Shown here piece by piece: positions 57,283 to 64,000 of a stretch of 64,000 nucleotides of DNA. Position 1 is the first letter of the stretch, and each line of letters begins with the position of its first letter. The stretch is from Nitrospinaceae bacterium (GTDB lineage: Bacteria > Nitrospinota > Nitrospinia > Nitrospinales > Nitrospinaceae). Under the pieces are notes generated by a model. That model was given only the letters and a program-made list of their open reading frames with translations. It was not told the origin of the DNA and did no database searches. The DNA lies in assembly GCA_965223665.1 (NCBI GenBank), contig OZ245011.1:2784001-2848000 (forward strand), given 5' to 3'. The position numbers were made by a program, and so were the translations under genes.

Positions 57283-58353
57283 TTACAATAGCTTTTTCAG
57301 ATGTTGTTCTGTCACCTGATCAACAATTTCAACTGATCCAATTTCATCTACCAAAATAAACTTTATTTTTTTATCTCGAACTTTTTTATCTAGATACATA
57401 GCATCAAGATATTTTTCTTTGGAATACTCGGGCCATTGAGTGGGGAGATTAAATTGTTTTATCAAACTTTCGATTCTTTCTACAGTCTGTTGAGAACATT
57501 TACCCAATGATTGGGATAATTTCGAAGCATAAACCATTCCTATTGCCACCGCCTCTCCGTGTTTAAACCTGGAATATTGAGTGAGCGCTTCGATTGCATG
57601 ACCAAAAGTATGACCAAAGTTTAGTACCATGCGATAATTATTTTCAGTTTCATCTTTTTCAACCACATTGGCTTTAATTGAACAAGACGTCCTAATAATA
57701 TGAGCCAAAGTTTCGTCATCTTTATTTAATATCTGATGCACACGATCTTCTAAATACGAAAACAGAATTGGGTCTTCAATAACTCCATACTTAATGATTT
57801 CAGCCAAACCGGCTCTGAACTCAATATCAGGAAGGGTTTTAAGAGTGTCTAAATCAATAATCACGGTTTTGGGTTGATAAAAAGCACCGATTAAGTTTTT
57901 GCCCTTGGGGTGGTTGACAGCAGTTTTACCCCCTACACTACTATCCACTTGAGCTAATAAACTAGTGGGCACTTGAACGTAAGGTACGCCTCGCTGGTAG
58001 GTAGCAGCCACAAATCCCGTTAAATCACCTACAACTCCCCCTCCCAGGGCAAACATCAAAGTTCTTCGATCGCACTGTGAGTCCACCAAGTGGTCATACA
58101 CAGTTTGTGCAACTGGAAGAGTTTTGTGCTCCTCTCCTTCGGGAATTTCAAAAATATCTGATTCAAGACCAATTTGCAGGAGAGATTTCTTTAAGGTTTC
58201 TCCATACAATCGGTTGATGGCAGGGTTAGTAACTATTAATGAACGTTTATAATCTGAAAAATTAGGAAGGAATTCCCCAAGTTTGGGGAGGAATGATCGG
58301 CCAATTAAAATATCATAACTTCTATCGGCCAGATCAATCCTTAATTTATTCAT
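57283..58353 (-). CDS. aroB: 3-dehydroquinate synthase
   Basis: GGGVVGD, PTSLLAQVDSSVGGKTAVN, LNFGHTFGHAIE, HGEAVA. Confidence 0.97.
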   Translation of the reverse strand: MNKLRIDLADRSYDILIGRSFLPKLGEFLPNFSDYKRSLIVTNPAINRLYGETLKKSLLQIGLESDIFEIPEGEEHKTLPVAQTVYDHLVDSQCDRRTLMFALGGGVVGDLTGFVAATYQRGVPYVQVPTSLLAQVDSSVGGKTAVNHPKGKNLIGAFYQPKTVIIDLDTLKTLPDIEFRAGLAEIIKYGVIEDPILFSYLEDRVHQILNKDDETLAHIIRTSCSIKANVVEKDETENNYRMVLNFGHTFGHAIEALTQYSRFKHGEAVAIGMVYASKLSQSLGKCSQQTVERIESLIKQFNLPTQWPEYSKEKYLDAMYLDKKVRDKKIKFILVDEIGSVEIVDQVTEQHLKKLL

Positions 58354-60233
58354 GAACCTCCAGGACTTGTATCCCTAACAATGGTGGGTGTCACAAAGAT
58401 TAATAATTCAGAAATATCATCTAATTGAGATCGGTTTTTAAACAAATATCCCAAAACAGGAATCTTATGTAAATATGGAATGGCTCCTTTATTTTCTTCA
58501 GATTCCTTTTGATACAATCCTCCTAACACAGCAGTTGAACCGTTGTCAACCAATACTTCCGTTTGGGCCTCTTTAGTAATAATTGTGGGAACACCCAGTA
58601 CCGGATTATCAAAGTCAGCCTGGTTTTGTTTCGCTTCGATTTTCATATAAATATCTTCTTCAGCGGTGATATGGGGAGTAACGGTTAATCTCAAATCAGC
58701 ATCTACCCAGGCAATCTTAGTACCTTCATTTGCAGACGTAGTTTGGTAAGGAATCTGCTGACCACTTTTAATAAGAGCCTCTTTGTTGTCCAATGTAGTT
58801 ACTTTTGGATTAGCAATAGTTCTGGATTTTCCTTGCTCTTCTAAAGCTTCTATTTGAATATCTAAAGCATGGTCTCCATTGCTGGTGAGCAGGCTTACAC
58901 CAAATGACCCCGCAGGCACACCACTGGGAACTCCCAAATCAACAATAAAATCGTTAATTACCTCTCCAGTAACCGCAGGATCTAACTGACCACGCGTATT
59001 CCTGGACCCACCAAAAGAAATAATAGAGGGAAAGCTGTCGGCTTTAAATGTTTTCTTTCTGGCAAAGACTCCCCAATTTATACCCAGTTCCTGGGCAAAG
59101 TTTCTTCGAATCTCAATTATTTTAGATTCGATCATGACCTGTGGAGTCTGAACATCCAAAGTTCTAATTACACTGGTCATTTCATCTACTTTTACCTGGA
59201 TATCTGTCAAAATAAGAGTATTTGTCCGAACATCTGCCGTGATATTGCCACGGTCCGGGCTGGCCAATCCCTTAAGGTTTGCCACCATATCATTAATATC
59301 AGCATAATTGACTCGGATCATTTCTGTAACTAACGCTTCCGTTTCCTGGTCAGCCATTAAAGTAGCCTTAGGGGCAATTCGGATAACATTGAGCTCGCAA
59401 ACTCTACCTAAAGCATTATTTTCCAGAATCAACTCTAAAGCAGTATTCCAGGGCACATCAATTAAACGAATATTTGCGGCGCCTTGCACGTCAGGAGACA
59501 AAACCACATTAAATCCACTAACTTCAGAGATAATTCGGAAAATATTCTTTATATTGGCATTCTGGAAATCTAGATTAATGGGTTCTTTATCCCCACCCAA
59601 AACATCTGCACAGGTATCTGTTCTTCCTTTTCCTACTCCCTCTGTATAAATAGATGATTCAACACCACCAACTTCCGCATTACTTGTATTTTCGGCTACT
59701 TGAGAGGAGTTAACTGAATTTGAAGACGCAGAAATTAATTGTACTTCCAAAACATTAGTTCCGGGTTTTAAAATCTCATATGAAACCGCACTAGAAAGTC
59801 CAATTTCCAAACGTAGCACTTGGGCCTCTTCAAAGAAAATAACCCGGATTGTAGTAACAACGCCTTTATTTACTTCCGTTACGTTAGGTATAGTGCCTTG
59901 AGCAGCGCCTGGAAAATCCAGTACCAATCGAAGAGGATTGACTAATTTGAAAGCCGTATAATTAAGAGTTTGAGTGGACTTAATAGATACAGTAACCCCA
60001 CCATTTTCCGTTCGAGTTGAAAGGTCGGTTAATGTGGGCAAAACATTTTCGTCCCCTGAGTTTGGATTTGCCTCAGCTACTTGTACTTCGACTGATGGGG
60101 ACGAATTCGTAGCTGGATTTTGGGCTTCCTTTGCAAAACCTTGGATAGATACCCCAAGGAAACACAAAATGAAAAATATGTTTAACGTCTTCTTTGGAAA
60201 AGCGTGTGTTCTCACAATATTATCCTCACTCAA
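58350..60233 (-). CDS. pilQ: type IV pilus secretin with AMIN domain
   Basis: NPLRLVLD AMIN, LDFQNA N0 domain, DVRTNTLI, QVMIESKI, IPYL.KIP.LG.LF, ELLIFVTP. Confidence 0.93.
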   Translation of the reverse strand: MSEDNIVRTHAFPKKTLNIFFILCFLGVSIQGFAKEAQNPATNSSPSVEVQVAEANPNSGDENVLPTLTDLSTRTENGGVTVSIKSTQTLNYTAFKLVNPLRLVLDFPGAAQGTIPNVTEVNKGVVTTIRVIFFEEAQVLRLEIGLSSAVSYEILKPGTNVLEVQLISASSNSVNSSQVAENTSNAEVGGVESSIYTEGVGKGRTDTCADVLGGDKEPINLDFQNANIKNIFRIISEVSGFNVVLSPDVQGAANIRLIDVPWNTALELILENNALGRVCELNVIRIAPKATLMADQETEALVTEMIRVNYADINDMVANLKGLASPDRGNITADVRTNTLILTDIQVKVDEMTSVIRTLDVQTPQVMIESKIIEIRRNFAQELGINWGVFARKKTFKADSFPSIISFGGSRNTRGQLDPAVTGEVINDFIVDLGVPSGVPAGSFGVSLLTSNGDHALDIQIEALEEQGKSRTIANPKVTTLDNKEALIKSGQQIPYQTTSANEGTKIAWVDADLRLTVTPHITAEEDIYMKIEAKQNQADFDNPVLGVPTIITKEAQTEVLVDNGSTAVLGGLYQKESEENKGAIPYLHKIPVLGYLFKNRSQLDDISELLIFVTPTIVRDTSPGGS

Positions 60234-61768
60234 TTTTCAACCATTTGGTTAAACTCAATTAACTGAGTTACCGAAAAAATGCTTCCTTTAAAATCTCGAA
60301 CTCTTTCAACCACAATTATTTTTTCCTGATCTATAGATTCAACCACACCATAGTTAGGACCAATTAACGATCCTACGCGCACTGTATGCCCCATAGTGTC
60401 CTGGGTTTCTACAAGAGCAACCGTACCAAAACCGTCCCATAAGACTCCGGATAACTTCAAACTTTGGATTTCTGCCTGAAGCGGAGTTTTTACTAATTGA
60501 TCTGCATAAGTTCGGGCTTTTTCGATCAGTTTTTTATAGTTGTTTACTTCATTTTCAAAATCAGATTGCGAAAGACCCTCTAAACGCTTTTTATTTCGAA
60601 ACAATGTTGCATAATATTCCAAATCAGAATATAGCGTAGGATCAATCTGCTTCAATTTTTTGAATAATTCATATGGAATGGTATTTAGATCTTTTATTTC
60701 TTCATCAAACCTTTTCTTATTATTTTTATTTTCAGCAGGTGCCTGTGCAACTACAGGAGGAGGTTCTTCCTTCACCAATGGATCAAATGGGTCTCTCCGG
60801 TTGGTAAACATATAACGTAGGCCAGGTGAAAAAACCGTTTTAATGGTTTCTTTATCCTGTTCGCTAGCTTCTAAAATTGTTAGCAAACTGTCTACCCGGC
60901 GACGGGCTTTTCGATTCATTACACCAATTCCATCAGCATTGCCTCTATGGTCGGCCTTATTAAACCATTGACCTTCATCGGATTCGTAAAAATAGACTAG
61001 CTTTTTTAGTTGTTTGTCACTTAAAGATCTATAACGGTATAAATCATCAATTAAATGCAATGATCTTTTGTGCTCTCGTTGCTCCACTTTCATTTTTGTT
61101 ATCAGTTCTTCAACATCTTGGGCCTGAAGCTCTTCATTAAGAGGCCCTACAGTTCTTAATATCGAGGCTTTGTTATCAAGGTCATAATCAACAACTGTCC
61201 TGGCATTTTCAAGTTGGTCGACTAAAGTAAGCCTAGATTTTGATGGTGGATTTTTTGTGATTTCTTGGACAAACTTTTTGTAGCCTCTGGTATTATTTAA
61301 TGATTCAAGTTCCAAACGGACCACTTTCCGTCCTAATTTACTTTTGAAGAACTTAATTGCCTTGCGAATATGTCTATTGTTATAGTCTTTTAATATTCTT
61401 CTGTATTTTGTCTTATAAAAATCATTTAAATTAAAAGAACCTTTATAAACTGAATTAATTAAATCAATATGCTCTGATGAAAGACCAATGCTTTGCAGCA
61501 TTTTTGTGTCTGTAAAAATTTCAGGAGGAAGCTTCATCTTTGACAAAATTCGCTTCTGTTTTTCCATACCACTAATTCTGTATAACTCTTTTGCCAAAGA
61601 TTTTTTGTTAGAAGATTTTTTTGCAATTGCTGCCGTTGCATCTTCATTAGTTAAACCCAATGGGGAGAAAAATAACCCAACCATTAGAATTAAAACAACT
61701 ATTGACTTAATTGATTTCACTCTCATAAGAGAACCCTTATTTCTCCAAGAAGAATAATTGATCGTCAC
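60230..61768 (-). CDS. pilP: PilP-like protein with a large N-terminal extension
   Basis: Between pilO and pilQ; RRDPF and PLQ...LKL.GV.W....ALVE...G..V.VG..IG.N.G.V at the C-terminus. Confidence 0.75.
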   Translation of the reverse strand: MTINYSSWRNKGSLMRVKSIKSIVVLILMVGLFFSPLGLTNEDATAAIAKKSSNKKSLAKELYRISGMEKQKRILSKMKLPPEIFTDTKMLQSIGLSSEHIDLINSVYKGSFNLNDFYKTKYRRILKDYNNRHIRKAIKFFKSKLGRKVVRLELESLNNTRGYKKFVQEITKNPPSKSRLTLVDQLENARTVVDYDLDNKASILRTVGPLNEELQAQDVEELITKMKVEQREHKRSLHLIDDLYRYRSLSDKQLKKLVYFYESDEGQWFNKADHRGNADGIGVMNRKARRRVDSLLTILEASEQDKETIKTVFSPGLRYMFTNRRDPFDPLVKEEPPPVVAQAPAENKNNKKRFDEEIKDLNTIPYELFKKLKQIDPTLYSDLEYYATLFRNKKRLEGLSQSDFENEVNNYKKLIEKARTYADQLVKTPLQAEIQSLKLSGVLWDGFGTVALVETQDTMGHTVRVGSLIGPNYGVVESIDQEKIIVVERVRDFKGSIFSVTQLIEFNQMVEN

Positions 61769-62409
61769 AGAACCTCCGCTCCTTCGATATAGGCATAGGT
61801 ATTGGCTTTAATTGAAGTTTGTAATCGATCCACATCCTGCAATTCAGTTTTACCGGTTGCATCTTTTTTAATTTTTTTAGCTGGCTTAATTTCCATTTTT
61901 AAATCGGAAATATTTACCAACCGAAGCAAACTTTGAAGCATATCGAAAAATCCCGCTGTTCGATAATATTCTCCTGAAAAAGTAATAGTGACAGGAATTT
62001 CTTTGTAGAACTCATTGTCTTTAGCCTCACCCATTTTAAAATTCAAAATTTGGAGTCCTAAAAACTCTGCCACATCACTAAGCTTGTTAAGCAAATCAGG
62101 GATTTCCTCAGGAAGTGGCAATTGTCTTTTTTTCTCGACTAAAGTTCCTTCTAAGGTTGCCACTTGTTTAACCACTACATCCATTTGGCTTACTGCTTTT
62201 TTATATTTTTCAAGCTTGTTTCTGGTTGAAACCTTTTTTTGCTCCAAGGAGGCATACTCTGCCTGCTTGTCCTCATAAATAAAAAAGTAATACCCGGCCA
62301 AAACTCCCATACTTAGGACGCCAGCTACTACTAGCATATGCACAAACTTTAAATTCTCTAAAGAATGGTAAGGCAAACGATCGAATATTTTTTCTAAAAC
62401 CGCTTTCAT
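61765..62409 (-). CDS. pilO: type IV pilus assembly protein PilO
   Basis: TM plus coiled coil; LP...EIP.LL, FY.EIP..I...G.Y, F......L.RLV. Confidence 0.9.
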   Translation of the reverse strand: MKAVLEKIFDRLPYHSLENLKFVHMLVVAGVLSMGVLAGYYFFIYEDKQAEYASLEQKKVSTRNKLEKYKKAVSQMDVVVKQVATLEGTLVEKKRQLPLPEEIPDLLNKLSDVAEFLGLQILNFKMGEAKDNEFYKEIPVTITFSGEYYRTAGFFDMLQSLLRLVNISDLKMEIKPAKKIKKDATGKTELQDVDRLQTSIKANTYAYIEGAEVL

Positions 62410-62421
62410 AGATTGACTTCC

Positions 62422-63078
62422 TTAAGCTTGAACGTCAGGTTTCATTACATGGCAATAAATTGTAAATTCCCTGATTGGATTTAAACCTATCCAGATTTCT
62501 TTGGTAGAGAACAACAACACATGATCTAAATAAGAAACCCCTTTTAATTGATCCAAAAAATTAACTACTGATTGATCCGATTTCCCCAATCCTTTGATTT
62601 CTATAAATTGATCATCTCCATTAGCTTGGCTTTTATTTTTTGGATCGTTTGGTTTGGATTTTTTATTTTCTAGAAATACAAAAGGGATTCTCTTTGCTTT
62701 TACTTCTTTGGTTGTAAGTTGATCAATAGTTTTCAACCAAATATCTTCTGGAATACTTTGTCCTACATCATCAAGGATTTCTGTTGTTCGACTGCGCTTT
62801 GTCCTTAATTGATCTATCCCGGTAATAATTTCGTTTAATTTAGATTCCTGCTTTTTTAATCTTTGTACTTTTTTATACTTTGGATCTAATTGGGCCACTT
62901 CAACTTCAATTTCTCTTACCTCATCCTTTAAATTGGCGATACTTGCTGTTTCAAAAACCCAATTAACTCCACAAACCGCAATAAAAGCAAAAATCACACT
63001 TACAGCTGTGGTCAGTTGCTTTTGAATTACAACTTGACGGACAATTTTGTTGTAGTCGATTAAATTGATTCGAATCAT
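62422..63078 (-). CDS. pilN: type IV pilus assembly protein PilN
   Basis: MIRINL motif, TM, coiled coil, IP..IWL. Confidence 0.9.
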   Translation of the reverse strand: MIRINLIDYNKIVRQVVIQKQLTTAVSVIFAFIAVCGVNWVFETASIANLKDEVREIEVEVAQLDPKYKKVQRLKKQESKLNEIITGIDQLRTKRSRTTEILDDVGQSIPEDIWLKTIDQLTTKEVKAKRIPFVFLENKKSKPNDPKNKSQANGDDQFIEIKGLGKSDQSVVNFLDQLKGVSYLDHVLLFSTKEIWIGLNPIREFTIYCHVMKPDVQA

Positions 63079-64000
63079 AAGTAATCAAACCTTCTGGTTG
63101 CAAGCCCTACAGCAACTGATGCCATAGGAGACATTTTTCCCAAAGTATTTTGGTCAAACTTTCTTGAATTGACTTTAATTGATTCCATGGGGTTAAAAAT
63201 TTCTACCGGAATAGCAAAGCGTTCGGCCATCAAACTATCGACCCCAGGAATTAGAGATCCACCTCCACACAAAAACACCTGATCTACTTGACTATTTGAA
63301 GTAGAACTAAAAAATTCAAATGATTTCTGTACTTCTTCCAAAATAGGTTCAAAACAGTCCAAAATTAGATCAACCACTTCTTCTTTATCAATGTTGCTCC
63401 TTGGCATGACCCCTAATTTCATTGACTCAGAATCTCGAAATTCGAAACCATACTGGCTCATCATTTTTGAGGTACAAACGTCTCCACCCATGGGTATATC
63501 TCTTGTAAATGAGGTAATCCCATTCATCAAAATATTTAGGTGGGTAAACGAACCACCCAAATCAATGATGGCCACCGAACCCATGTCAAAAAGATTCCTT
63601 GAAATGCTCAATGCATTTACCACGGCAAAAACATCAAGATCAATAATGACCGGTTTCAAACCCGCGGCGGTTAATACATCTGACCGACTGTCAATAATTT
63701 CATTTTGTACGGCAACCAAAATTATTTCCTGTTTCTCTTCATCCTCATCCTCAAAGTCATGTAGATCTTCTTTTGGAGTTGAGTTTTCAACTATCTGGAA
63801 ATCGATTTGAACATCATCAATATCAAATGGTATGTATTGTTCTGCCTCTTGATCAATAATTTCTTCCAGTTCTTCGCGAGGCATCATGGGTACTTTTATT
63901 TTTTTTATTATTACCGCCTCACCAGCTACTGATGAAATTGCGTACCTTGTTTCTACTTTCTCGGCCTTAACCAGTCTCGTGAGTGCGTCCACCACATGAT
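63075..64000 (-). CDS. pilM: type IV pilus assembly protein PilM (5' end outside the window)
   Basis: EAEQYIPF, LVAV, IDLG, L.GG, VAVGLA.R actin/FtsA-like fold; first gene of pilMNOPQ. Confidence 0.92.
   Translation of the reverse strand, partial: HVVDALTRLVKAEKVETRYAISSVAGEAVIIKKIKVPMMPREELEEIIDQEAEQYIPFDIDDVQIDFQIVENSTPKEDLHDFEDEDEEKQEIILVAVQNEIIDSRSDVLTAAGLKPVIIDLDVFAVVNALSISRNLFDMGSVAIIDLGGSFTHLNILMNGITSFTRDIPMGGDVCTSKMMSQYGFEFRDSESMKLGVMPRSNIDKEEVVDLILDCFEPILEEVQKSFEFFSSTSNSQVDQVFLCGGGSLIPGVDSLMAERFAIPVEIFNPMESIKVNSRKFDQNTLGKMSPMASVAVGLATRRFDYL

Overview
AT-rich (roughly 35% GC by eye) bacterial chromosomal window with about 55 CDS, one tRNA-Leu(CAA) and an rpsB leader RNA. I saw no mobile element, CRISPR array or rRNA. 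Gene content (Geobacter-like pilins, pentapeptide-repeat and FGE-fold proteins, tandem TMTC-like proteins, short EF-Ts) is compatible with a Nitrospinota or deltaproteobacteria-like organism; this is an unverified inference. Housekeeping blocks: nadB; rpsB-tsf-pyrH-frr-uppS-cdsA-dxr; rimO-pfkA; recN; gpmA; folD-xseA-xseB-tlyA-dcd; amt; kef; uvrC; nadD-rsfS-dksA-lapAB; pilMNOPQ-aroB. Most notable observations: (1) a cysteine-dioxygenase-like cupin fused to a class I SAM methyltransferase, between an orphan ParB-like gene and a 889-aa unknown gene, which is the best candidate for an undescribed pathway; (2) a chemoreceptor with both an Aer2-like PAS and a hemerythrin domain; (3) two aromatic-rich type IV pilins, each with its own sigma54 promoter and a shared upstream motif, followed by a YfhO-like glycosyltransferase; (4) a roughly 500-aa PilP with no lipobox; (5) tlyA frameshifted in an A10 tract; (6) HD-GYP and ADP-ribosylhydrolase proteins with degenerate active sites. 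All family calls come from motif recognition by eye, not database searches.
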